40,499 nucleotides of DNA from an uncultured Candidatus Bathyarchaeia archaeon (GTDB lineage: Archaea > Thermoproteota > Bathyarchaeia > Bathyarchaeales > Bathycorpusculaceae): assembly GCA_964483905.1 (NCBI GenBank), contig CAZADP010000001.1, positions 1-40,499 of the forward strand, read 5' to 3'. The notes beneath the pieces are model-generated. The model had not been told where the DNA came from. It saw only the letters and a program-made list of their open reading frames with translations, and ran no database searches. The position numbers were made by a program, and so were the translations under genes. Positions 21,964 to 30,121 of this stretch are shown piece by piece. How positions within the stretch are numbered: position 1 is the stretch's first letter; every line of letters starts with the position of its first letter.

Positions 21964-24012
21964 CTATCCTTCATTGCCAACTTTTTTCTCCAACTTGAGA
22001 CTTTTAAGAAGTTCCTCCAAAGTTCTACTGGGTTGAACCTTAACGCCATATTTGTGTTCGAATCTTTTGATTTTCTTCTCAAGCCTTTCAGCATCTCCCT
22101 TAAAAAGTATACGCGCAATTTGAAAAGGACTGCGCCGTCTTAGCTCATTTTTATAACTTTCAATAACCTTCTTCTGTTGATGGAACATTCGATAATACCT
22201 CATACTAAATGTTAGCAGAACAGAAGCACTAAGAGTTGTTGCTAAGAAAACATACATTAAATTTCTAGCGTTAGTCAATTCACTTGTAGTAGCCTCCTGC
22301 TTCAACTTCAACTCGGTATAGGTCGCATTAAGAACGCTCAACTGACTTGTTGCCGTCTCATACTCTAATTCTAGTTCATTGAAGGAGCCTACAAGATCGT
22401 TGTATGTTACGTTCAAAGTATGATGTGATGAGTTCAAGAAGTCATACTTGTTTAGCAGATTGCTGTGGCTAGTATTAAGAGAAACAAAACTTAGTTGCAG
22501 TTCAGTGTAGTTGGATATCAGTTCAAAATGCGTTAAATTTAACTCGCTATAGCTTATCTGAAGAGAATTATAACTACTTTGCAGTTCGTTGTATTCATCC
22601 ACTAATTGATGATAAGTTAAATTTAATGTCCAATAATCGCCTCCAAGCTGAGTATAGTTATATAGTAGTTCATAATATGTCGAGTTCAAGTTCTCATATT
22701 GAGACAGAAGCTGCTGGTATATTGCATTTAGAGAATTAAAGCTTGCTGTAAGGTCATAGTAAGCAAGGTTCAACTTTTGATACTCTGCCAGTATATTGTT
22801 ATATCTTTCCAGCAACTGATAGTACGGTTTTGATGTAATTCTAACCGTATGATCGTTGGGTGCATACGTGAAATACAGAAAAGAATGTGTGTAATTGGAT
22901 ACTGAAAGCATAGTTGAATTGATCTGCTCGGTATCAACCATCACAACATAAGGCCAATTAATCAAAACTTTAGGAATCATAACTCTGCAAAAACCCACAG
23001 TACCATTTAGAACTGTAACATTAAACCTTAATATCATAGTGGCAGCATCAAATCTGAACCCAGAAACCGTAGAATTAGAAACAACAGAAACGTGATGGAT
23101 TTCGTGTTCATAGACCACATCAAAATCTGAGATCATACCCATCAACGGAAAAGAGTCAGTATTATTTTCGGCAATAACAAACGGGGTATCTCCAATGCCG
23201 TCTTGATCCTTATCCACCTCCCCATAGCCACTCCAATAGTTACCCTCCATACCGTTATCCCAAGAATTCACCGAATTAACGCTAATCACCGGCTGTGTGT
23301 TATTGACGAAATTATTGTGGAAAATCATACTGCCGTTACTAACGAACATCATGATTCCCTCCCCATTGTTTGAAATCTCGCTACCCGAAAGAACATTTTC
23401 ATCAGAATAAGACAAATAAAATCCGCGTGAATTATTTGACACCTTTAAGCCCAAAAGAACGTTATTGCTAGAATGATAGAAACGGATTCCATACTCGCTG
23501 TTTAAGACTTCGTTATCCAAAAGAACAGCCTCCCCGGAATCTATCAGAGAAATGCCGCGCGAATTGTTTCTTAGAATGTTGTGGCTAATCTTGACGCCCT
23601 TCGAACCCTCCACAGAAACGCCACTGTCTATTGTCACGTTTCCGCAGTTTTGCACAGTGAACCCCGCAAGGTTGACGTTGTCAACTATTACATGAATAAC
23701 TGTTCCAGTATTGTTTCCGTCAACAATAGTGTTAGAGTTATTCTCACCTATCAGTGACACAGCTTTGTGCACCACCAAGTGTTCATTGTATATTCCCGCA
23801 TCTACCATGATAGTATGTCCATTCAAAGTCTCATTAGCATCAATAGCTTCCTGAATCGTTGCATAATCTAACCCCGTATCAGTATTATGAACTGGCAGTC
23901 TGGTTTCCGCTGATGCTTTGAAAGCTAATGGGTTAATTGCACACAAGGACATCATAAAAACAAATACAAACGCGAAAACTATTTTCTTCAATTTCACCAC
24001 ACCCATCAACAT
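21964..24012 (-). CDS. Type-I membrane protein: signal peptide, NosD-like beta-helix, beta-sandwich, long Tyr/Leu heptad coiled coil, TM helix, ~78-aa basic cytoplasmic tail
   Basis: IQEAIDANETLNGHTIMVDAGIYNEHLVVHKAVSLIGE is followed by parallel-beta repeats and GNYWSGYGEVDKDQDGIGDTPFVI...DSFPLMG. The heptad region is aa 397-582 (nt 22267-22824). The TM helix is LMYVFLATTLSASVLLTFSM. The tail is RYYRMFHQQKK... Confidence 0.8.
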   Translation of the reverse strand: MLMGVVKLKKIVFAFVFVFMMSLCAINPLAFKASAETRLPVHNTDTGLDYATIQEAIDANETLNGHTIMVDAGIYNEHLVVHKAVSLIGENNSNTIVDGNNTGTVIHVIVDNVNLAGFTVQNCGNVTIDSGVSVEGSKGVKISHNILRNNSRGISLIDSGEAVLLDNEVLNSEYGIRFYHSSNNVLLGLKVSNNSRGFYLSYSDENVLSGSEISNNGEGIMMFVSNGSMIFHNNFVNNTQPVISVNSVNSWDNGMEGNYWSGYGEVDKDQDGIGDTPFVIAENNTDSFPLMGMISDFDVVYEHEIHHVSVVSNSTVSGFRFDAATMILRFNVTVLNGTVGFCRVMIPKVLINWPYVVMVDTEQINSTMLSVSNYTHSFLYFTYAPNDHTVRITSKPYYQLLERYNNILAEYQKLNLAYYDLTASFNSLNAIYQQLLSQYENLNSTYYELLYNYTQLGGDYWTLNLTYHQLVDEYNELQSSYNSLQISYSELNLTHFELISNYTELQLSFVSLNTSHSNLLNKYDFLNSSHHTLNVTYNDLVGSFNELELEYETATSQLSVLNATYTELKLKQEATTSELTNARNLMYVFLATTLSASVLLTFSMRYYRMFHQQKKVIESYKNELRRRSPFQIARILFKGDAERLEKKIKRFEHKYGVKVQPSRTLEELLKSLKLEKKVGNEG

Positions 24013-24114
24013 ATAAACACATTAGATTACGCTATATTAAGCCTTCTTTAAGTATAAGTTCGAGGAGCCGCGATTCTGCGCGCTAAATATGTTACGTAGA
24101 CCTTAAGAGTTCAA

Positions 24115-24143
24115 TAGAAGATAAATCCAGAATCCTTAAATCT
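24115..24143 (+). promoter_or_regulatory. Copy 5 of the shared promoter cassette
   Basis: The sequence is TAGAAGATAAATCCAGAATCCTTAAATCT. It sits 37 nt upstream of ATG 24181, with the leader GGGAGAAAGGAACGAGC in between. Confidence 0.7.
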
Positions 24144-24180
24144 CTAGAACCAGAAGTAAAAATGGGAGAAAGGAACGAGC

Positions 24181-26019
24181 ATGAGGAGAAAACACGGATT
24201 TGCAATCCTATTAATTGTATTGTTTTTAAATTTCATTCCCTTGCAGACAGCTTTTTCAGCCACTGCTAATCTCTTTATCGATCCGTCAAAAACCACAGTT
24301 CTTTTAGGCGATACATTTTCGATAAATGTATCCGTCTCCGATGTGGCAGATTTAAAAGGGTGGGATATCAAACTTTATTATCGTTCAACCTTAAACGCCA
24401 CAGATATGACCGAAGGTTCCTTTCTTAAATCCGGAGGCTCCACATTCTTCCTCATACAAGAGTTTGACTCACCCTTCAATAGCACACACAACTGCGTATG
24501 GGCAGCATGTACCCTCCTAGGAAACGGGTCCGGGGTCTATGGCAGCGGAACCTTAGTTACAGTCACTTTCAATGTGACGAGGGATGGCAACTCCACCCTG
24601 CACTTGTCCGACACAGATCTAGTGAATTCATACTTCGTTGGCATATCTCACACCACAACCGACGGTTATGTTCAGTATGTTTACACGCATAATATGGCTG
24701 TAACAAGTGTGAGCTCGAAGAAGACAAGCTTAACTTTGGTTGACGTAAACGCAACTGTGCATAACCTAGGAATAGTACCAGAATCTAACATCAATATTTC
24801 GCTATACTACGACAGCAATTCAATAGAGACAAAGACAATATCATCCTTAGAACCTTCCAAAAACACTACTCTGAATTTCCAATGGGACATTACAACGGTA
24901 GCCTCAGGCAACTACAGCATAAGCGCATATATTGAACCAGTCCCAGGCGAAACATACATGGATGACAATACCTATGTAGACGGCATGATTGAAGTAGTCC
25001 ACTATCCTCCAATTGCCTATTTCGAGTACTCGCCGTTAAACCCTATAGTAGGCGAAACCGTGACCTTCAATGCTACTGGCTCAACACCAGATGGTGGAAT
25101 CATAACCTTATACCTCTGGGATTTCGGCGATGGAAACAATGGGACAGGAGCAATCATAACTCATGCATACGTGCTTCGCGGAAACTACACCATGTCATTA
25201 ACAATAACAGACAGTGAAGGACTAACCACCAGCGAATCCGAGGAGATCAACGTGAGGGATTATCCAACTGCCAATTTCACATACTCTCCCTTGCTGCCAT
25301 TAGTTAATGAAACAATCATTTTTAATGCTTCACAATCAGAGCCCAATGGAGGAACAATAGTAAGCTACTATTGGAACTTTGGAGACGGCGAAAGCGACTC
25401 AGGTATGATAACAAACCATGTCTTTTCAACCCAAGGAACATTTAATGTAACGCTAACTGTAACGGACAGCGAAGGGCTGTCAGACTTTATATGGCAGCTA
25501 GTCCGTGTAGAAGTAGTGCACGACGTAGCAGTCACTAGTGTGACTATTTCACCTAACATGACGTACGTTGGAAGAACCGTAAACATTACAGTTATGGTCA
25601 ACAACTTTGGAGAAGCGACAGAAACCTTCAATGTGAAAGCCTACTACAACAACAGTACGATCGAAACGAAAAACGTGACATTAGGTGTCGGGGAAAACGC
25701 CACTTTAATTTTCAGTTGGCGCACGGAAGGAACAATTCCTTGGCACAGCTACACGATAAAGGCTGAAGCAAGCCCCGTCCCATATGAGAGAGAGACAACC
25801 AACAATGTATATATCGCCGGTGAAGTGAAAATGCTGTTCATTGGTGATTTAAACAATGATGGAAAAGTTGATATGAAGGACATAGCAATCGTAGCCAAAG
25901 CTTTCGGATCCATTGTTGGGTATCCAAGATGGAACCCTGCGGCTGATTTAAACAATGATGGAAAAGTTGATATGAAGGACGTAGCAACCATAGCTAAAGC
26001 CTTTGGAAGATACACTTAG
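24181..26019 (+). CDS. Secreted cohesin / CARDB / 2 PKD / CARDB / dockerin protein
   Basis: The cohesin is ANLFIDPSKTTVLLGDTFSINVSVSDVADLKGWDIKLYY...GSGTLVTVTFNVTRDGNSTLHL. The PKD units read A.F.YSP..P.VGETVTFNA..S.P.GG.I..Y.W.FGDG......H.y...G.y.v.LT.TDSEG. The dockerin contains DLNNDGKVDMKD twice. Confidence 0.85.
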   Translation: MRRKHGFAILLIVLFLNFIPLQTAFSATANLFIDPSKTTVLLGDTFSINVSVSDVADLKGWDIKLYYRSTLNATDMTEGSFLKSGGSTFFLIQEFDSPFNSTHNCVWAACTLLGNGSGVYGSGTLVTVTFNVTRDGNSTLHLSDTDLVNSYFVGISHTTTDGYVQYVYTHNMAVTSVSSKKTSLTLVDVNATVHNLGIVPESNINISLYYDSNSIETKTISSLEPSKNTTLNFQWDITTVASGNYSISAYIEPVPGETYMDDNTYVDGMIEVVHYPPIAYFEYSPLNPIVGETVTFNATGSTPDGGIITLYLWDFGDGNNGTGAIITHAYVLRGNYTMSLTITDSEGLTTSESEEINVRDYPTANFTYSPLLPLVNETIIFNASQSEPNGGTIVSYYWNFGDGESDSGMITNHVFSTQGTFNVTLTVTDSEGLSDFIWQLVRVEVVHDVAVTSVTISPNMTYVGRTVNITVMVNNFGEATETFNVKAYYNNSTIETKNVTLGVGENATLIFSWRTEGTIPWHSYTIKAEASPVPYERETTNNVYIAGEVKMLFIGDLNNDGKVDMKDIAIVAKAFGSIVGYPRWNPAADLNNDGKVDMKDVATIAKAFGRYT

Positions 26020-26054
26020 ACGAAATATTCAAATGTCGCAAAAATAGTAGAATT

Positions 26055-27407
26055 ATGGTGAGATCCATGATCAAAAAACATTTGCAGTATACGTTAACCA
26101 TCTTCATAATCACTTTATCTTTGCTGGTGGCTACAAAACCCTACAGACTGAGCACTGTCCAAGCCACTACAGTAGCAACAATTTACGTGAATCCTCCACA
26201 AATTGAAGATCTGACCATAGACGATACATTCAGTGTAAACATAACTGTAGCCAACGTCACTGAACTAGCTGGCTGGGCAATAAACCTTTACTACAATCCA
26301 AAAGTCGTGAATGCTAGTTCATATGAAGAAGGCCCTTTCCTGAAAGACGTCCGAAGCACATTAGGCATTTGGGTGTTTGACTGGAACGACAATTACAACG
26401 CAACTCACGGACACATAGAACTAGCGTGTTTCATGGTAGGTACAGGACCCGGAGCAAACGGAACCGGAACTCTTGCCACTCTAACTTTCAAAATCAAGGG
26501 CTTAGGCTATTCTCCTTTAAGTTTACCAGTGGACGAAACAGACCTAGAAGACTCAACCAGTCCCCCTCAACCAATTCCGCACACTACTAAAGACGGATTG
26601 GTTGACACGCGAATTCATAACATAGCCATAACTGCGGTTACACCATCGAAAACTACGGTAGCAAAAGGAGCCTCCGTATCCATCTATGTAACCGTGCAAA
26701 ACGCAGGAAACTTCACAGAAAACTTCAACCTCACAGCCTACTGCAACACTACCGTAATCGCAACTCAAACCGTAACATTAACAGACGGAGCATCCACAAC
26801 CAAAACCTTCACTTGGAACACCGCAGGCTTCGCCATAGGCAACTACACAATAAAGTCCATAGCAGATCAGGTGCCCGGCGAAACTCAAACAGGAGATAAC
26901 ATTAAAGATGATGGTATCGTAAGTGTTATACTTCCAAAAATAAAGATAACCAAAATCGCACCATACAAAACCATAGTATGTCAAGGATACACGGTGAAAA
27001 TCAACGTCACCACCCTAAACGAGGGAGACAGCCCCCAAACCTTCAGCCTCACAACCTACTACAGTGGCAACGAAATCGAAACAAAAACCATAACACAAAC
27101 CCCTGGAACACAAACCACAACATTCACATGGAACACCACAGGAGTAACTAAATACGTAAGCTACATCATAAGCGCAGAGACAGCAGAAAGCTCCCTAACC
27201 GACGGCACCATCATTGTTGTATACCCAGGCGATGTCAATGTGGACAAAAAGGTCGACATGAAAGACATAGCCTTCATCGCCAAAGCCTTCGGCTCCAAAC
27301 TAGGAGAACCCCTCTACAACCCCATCTACGACATCAACGGCGACGGAAAAATCGACATGAAAGACATAGCCATAGCAGCCAAAAACTTCGGCCACACAGA
27401 ACCATAA
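26055..27407 (+). CDS. Secreted cohesin / 2 CARDB / dockerin protein
   Basis: It starts 35 nt after the previous stop with no cassette, so it is probably co-transcribed with 24181. The cohesin is ATIYVNPPQIEDLTIDDTFSVNITVANVTELAGWAINLYYNPKVV...GTGTLATLTFKIKGLGYSPLSL. The dockerin is GDVNVDKKVDMKDIAFIAKAFG...YDINGDGKIDMKDIAIAAKNFG. Confidence 0.85.
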   Translation: MVRSMIKKHLQYTLTIFIITLSLLVATKPYRLSTVQATTVATIYVNPPQIEDLTIDDTFSVNITVANVTELAGWAINLYYNPKVVNASSYEEGPFLKDVRSTLGIWVFDWNDNYNATHGHIELACFMVGTGPGANGTGTLATLTFKIKGLGYSPLSLPVDETDLEDSTSPPQPIPHTTKDGLVDTRIHNIAITAVTPSKTTVAKGASVSIYVTVQNAGNFTENFNLTAYCNTTVIATQTVTLTDGASTTKTFTWNTAGFAIGNYTIKSIADQVPGETQTGDNIKDDGIVSVILPKIKITKIAPYKTIVCQGYTVKINVTTLNEGDSPQTFSLTTYYSGNEIETKTITQTPGTQTTTFTWNTTGVTKYVSYIISAETAESSLTDGTIIVVYPGDVNVDKKVDMKDIAFIAKAFGSKLGEPLYNPIYDINGDGKIDMKDIAIAAKNFGHTEP

Positions 27408-27414
27408 CCTCCTC

Positions 27415-27419
27415 TTTTT
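27415..27419 (+). terminator. Short oligo-T (T5) terminator candidate
   Basis: CCTCTTTTTG lies 8 nt after the stop of 26055..27407, and the next cassette follows at 27510. Confidence 0.35.
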
Positions 27420-27509
27420 GCCACACGCAAAAACAACCTTCAAGCCTAAGCAAAGTTTTGAAATAAAAATGAAACAACCATTCACTCCATCATTAAACTA
27501 CTTATCAAA

Positions 27510-27538
27510 TAGAAGATAATTCCGGAATCTTTAAGTTC
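27510..27538 (+). promoter_or_regulatory. Copy 6 of the shared promoter cassette; core is the perfect palindrome ATTCCGGAAT
   Basis: The sequence is TAGAAGATAATTCCGGAATCTTTAAGTTC. It sits 46 nt upstream of ATG 27585, with the leader AAAGGAGAAGGGAGAAAAGATA in between. Confidence 0.7.
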
Positions 27539-27584
27539 TAAAACACACAATTTTATTTTGCTAAAGGAGAAGGGAGAAAAGATA

Positions 27585-29846
27585 ATGAAAAATAAACTAT
27601 TCGCGATTTCCATACTTCTAACGCTTTTCATAAGCGCACTCGGAATAGCCCTCACAATCCCAGAAATTGCTGAAGCCCAAACAGGAAAACCACTACTCAG
27701 AGTTGAACCAAGCGAATACCGTGCCAAATGCCCGTGCGAAACTTTCGACATAAACGTAACCATCAACAATTTAGACGCAAGCTTAAAAGCGGTTTCAGTT
27801 CAATTCAGACTCGGCTACAACAAAACACTTTTAAATGTCATAAACGTAGCCGAAGGACCATTCATGAAGGATTCTAAATGGAACCTCTATGGCACCTACT
27901 TCATATACTACCCAGAAGATGACGGAGTCTTTGGTCCACACGTAATTGTCGGCGTCTTGCTCCTCCCAAATCCCGCCACAGGTAAGTATGACCAGAAACA
28001 GTTCCCTGAAGGAAACGGAATAGTAGCCACCATAACATTCCATGTCCAAGACATCGTTGGTGCTGATTGTGCCCTTCGTCTCATCGATGATAAAGAAACA
28101 ATTATTCTTGACTGGGATATGAAAGAAATCCCACGCGATTTGGAAGACGGCCACTATTACAGTCCGTGCCCCTCACTGAAGGTCGAACCAAGCATATACC
28201 AAGCCAGCAGCTACGGCGAAATCTTCGACATAAACGTGACAATCAACGATATATGCCCCGTCTGGAAGGCTGTCATTGTCCAGTTCAGACTAGGCTTCGA
28301 TGCCGCGCTCCTAGAGTTTGTGTCAATCGTCGAAGGAGACTTCCTGAAGGGATTTGCACCATATGGCACCTACTTCGTAAACTTCACGGAAACCGACGGA
28401 GTTTACGGCCCACATGTAGTCTGCGGAATCATGATAAATCCAAATGCAACTGGCGGATGGAACCCACCATTCCCTGAGGGAAGCGGAACACTGGCCACCA
28501 TAACCTTCAAAGTCAAAACCATAGACCGCCCTAGCAAATGCGCCTTTCACTTCATCGACGATAAAGAAACATTCATTCTGAGAGCCCCAGATTTAAAGAC
28601 ACTTCCACGCAGACTAATAGATGGTCAATTCTACATGTGTCCTTCGTTTAAGGTCGAACCAAGCATATACCAAGCAACCAGCCTTGGCGAAATCTTCAAC
28701 GTAAACGTAACAATCAACAATCTACACGCCAATTGGAGGGTTGCAATGGCGCAGTTCAGACTAGGCTTCGATGCTACGCTCCTAGAGTTCGTCGGATGCG
28801 CTGAAGGCCCATTCATGGAGGGATTCGCTCCTTACGATACCTTCTTTTGGTCTGGGTATGAACCCGACGGGTTTTTGGGCCCGCATGTGCTCTGCGGAAT
28901 CATGATAAATCCGAACGAAACCGGTGTATGGAACCCACCGTTCCCTGAGGGAAGCGGAACGATAGCCACCATAACATTCAAAGCCATAAAAGTACCCGTT
29001 TGGGGTGCCACCTATGTGCCCCCTGTAAGTTGTTCATTACACTTCATCGACGATGCCGAGACATTCATCCTAAACGACAACTTAGAAGTACTTGAACGCA
29101 AGACGGAAGACGGCGAATATTACGCGCGCAAAATCATTCCTCGTGCCACCATCGCTGTCGAACCAAGCGAATACCTTGCTCACGCCATAAACGAAACCTT
29201 CAGCATAAAAATTACAATGAACGACCTAGTTGTCGACTGGAAAATGGTCGCCGTGCAGTTCAGACTCGGCTACAACAAAACACTCCTAGAGGTAGTAGAT
29301 GTAACTGAAGGGCCTTTCATGAAGGATCCTAGATGGGCTCTCAACGGCACTTACTTCATAAGCATCGTTGAGGTCGACCCGATTTTCGGACCTAACGTGC
29401 TTGTTGGAGTACTCTTAAATCCGCACCACTCATATCCAATGCTGCCCACGTGGATCAAATTCCCTGAGGGAGACGGAACTTTGGCAACCATCACGTTCAA
29501 AGCCGTATACCAAGAAAGAGGTGTAGGAATCCCACCACTATGCGACGATCTCACATTACGGGAAACCATGATGATCGACGAAACTGTTGTGACGGAACTG
29601 CCACACAACGTGGAGCCTTCTTATAGCCGATACTGCATAGCCCCAGCATATCTCTTCGACCTGAACGGTGACAATAAAGTAGACATGAAGGACATAGGAC
29701 TTGTTGCACGGGCCTTCGGAACAGTTCCAGGACATGCGCGATGGAACCCAATATGCGACGTAACTGGGCCACTAGGCGTTCCGGACGGGAAAGTTGACAT
29801 GAGAGACGTATCCGCAGTTGCTCGCCAGTTCGGATGGACTGTCTAG
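27585..29846 (+). CDS. Scaffoldin-like protein: signal peptide, four tandem cohesin modules, C-terminal dockerin
   Basis: The track ORF starts at TTG 27558. ATG 27585 (MKNKLFAISILLTLFISALGIALTIPEIAEA) follows the SD-rich leader. The four modules begin VEPSEY, VEPSIYQA, VEPSIYQA and VEPSEY, and each carries ..FRLG[YF]...LLE.V...EG.F... and PEG.GT.ATITFK. The dockerin is FDLNGDNKVDMKDIGLVARAFG...CDVTGPLGVPDGKVDMRDVSAVARQFG. Confidence 0.85.
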   Translation: MKNKLFAISILLTLFISALGIALTIPEIAEAQTGKPLLRVEPSEYRAKCPCETFDINVTINNLDASLKAVSVQFRLGYNKTLLNVINVAEGPFMKDSKWNLYGTYFIYYPEDDGVFGPHVIVGVLLLPNPATGKYDQKQFPEGNGIVATITFHVQDIVGADCALRLIDDKETIILDWDMKEIPRDLEDGHYYSPCPSLKVEPSIYQASSYGEIFDINVTINDICPVWKAVIVQFRLGFDAALLEFVSIVEGDFLKGFAPYGTYFVNFTETDGVYGPHVVCGIMINPNATGGWNPPFPEGSGTLATITFKVKTIDRPSKCAFHFIDDKETFILRAPDLKTLPRRLIDGQFYMCPSFKVEPSIYQATSLGEIFNVNVTINNLHANWRVAMAQFRLGFDATLLEFVGCAEGPFMEGFAPYDTFFWSGYEPDGFLGPHVLCGIMINPNETGVWNPPFPEGSGTIATITFKAIKVPVWGATYVPPVSCSLHFIDDAETFILNDNLEVLERKTEDGEYYARKIIPRATIAVEPSEYLAHAINETFSIKITMNDLVVDWKMVAVQFRLGYNKTLLEVVDVTEGPFMKDPRWALNGTYFISIVEVDPIFGPNVLVGVLLNPHHSYPMLPTWIKFPEGDGTLATITFKAVYQERGVGIPPLCDDLTLRETMMIDETVVTELPHNVEPSYSRYCIAPAYLFDLNGDNKVDMKDIGLVARAFGTVPGHARWNPICDVTGPLGVPDGKVDMRDVSAVARQFGWTV
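27690..29640 (+). repeat. Four ~480-nt cohesin-coding modules in A-B-B'-A' order
   Basis: G-T-[CT]-GAACCAAGC recurs at 27702, 28182, 28653 and 29157. Modules 2 and 3 share long near-identical nucleotide tracts (AAGGTCGAACCAAGCATATACCAAGC, CAGTTCAGACTAGGCTTCGATGC, CTGCGGAATCATGATAAATCC, CCCTGAGGGAAGCGGAAC). Modules 1 and 4 share CAGTTCAGACTCGGCTACAACAAAACACT. Confidence 0.85.
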
Positions 29847-29864
29847 CCCATAAACAACCCCCCC

Positions 29865-29874
29865 TTTTTTATTT
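29865..29874 (+). terminator. Oligo-T terminator candidate (C-run then TTTTTTATTT)
   Basis: ACCCCCCCTTTTTTATTT begins 12 nt after the TAG at 29844-29846. Confidence 0.5.
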
Positions 29875-30052
29875 AAACCTTTACTGATCTGTAAATTGGT
29901 TTAGCTTTAATTCTTCAGAGAAACTATGCGCATGCACGAGCTGCACGTAGAACCAAAAATCTCTCTGTGCAGCCGCTATATGCTTTATGTCTCTTGCAGT
30001 TATATTTCTCACCTCGTAATACCACTTAAAGCCGTCCGATTCAGCTAAAATA

Positions 30053-30081
30053 TAGAAGACATTTACAGACGACTTAAATAT
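30053..30081 (+). promoter_or_regulatory. Copy 7 of the shared promoter cassette
   Basis: The sequence is TAGAAGACATTTACAGACGACTTAAATAT. Its TATA-like end overlaps the track start codon ATG 30080, which argues against that start. Confidence 0.6.
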
Positions 30082-30121
30082 GACACAAAGAAAACTATTA
30101 GTTGAGGGAGAAAGGAACAAC

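Noticed and set aside
24035-24063. A reverse-complement half-match to the cassette upstream of the minus-strand beta-helix gene (TATTAAGCCTTCT...).
   Set aside because: Only the TATA-like half and TTCT match; the palindromic core and the TAGAAGAT word are absent. It is most simply an ordinary TATA box for the minus-strand gene.
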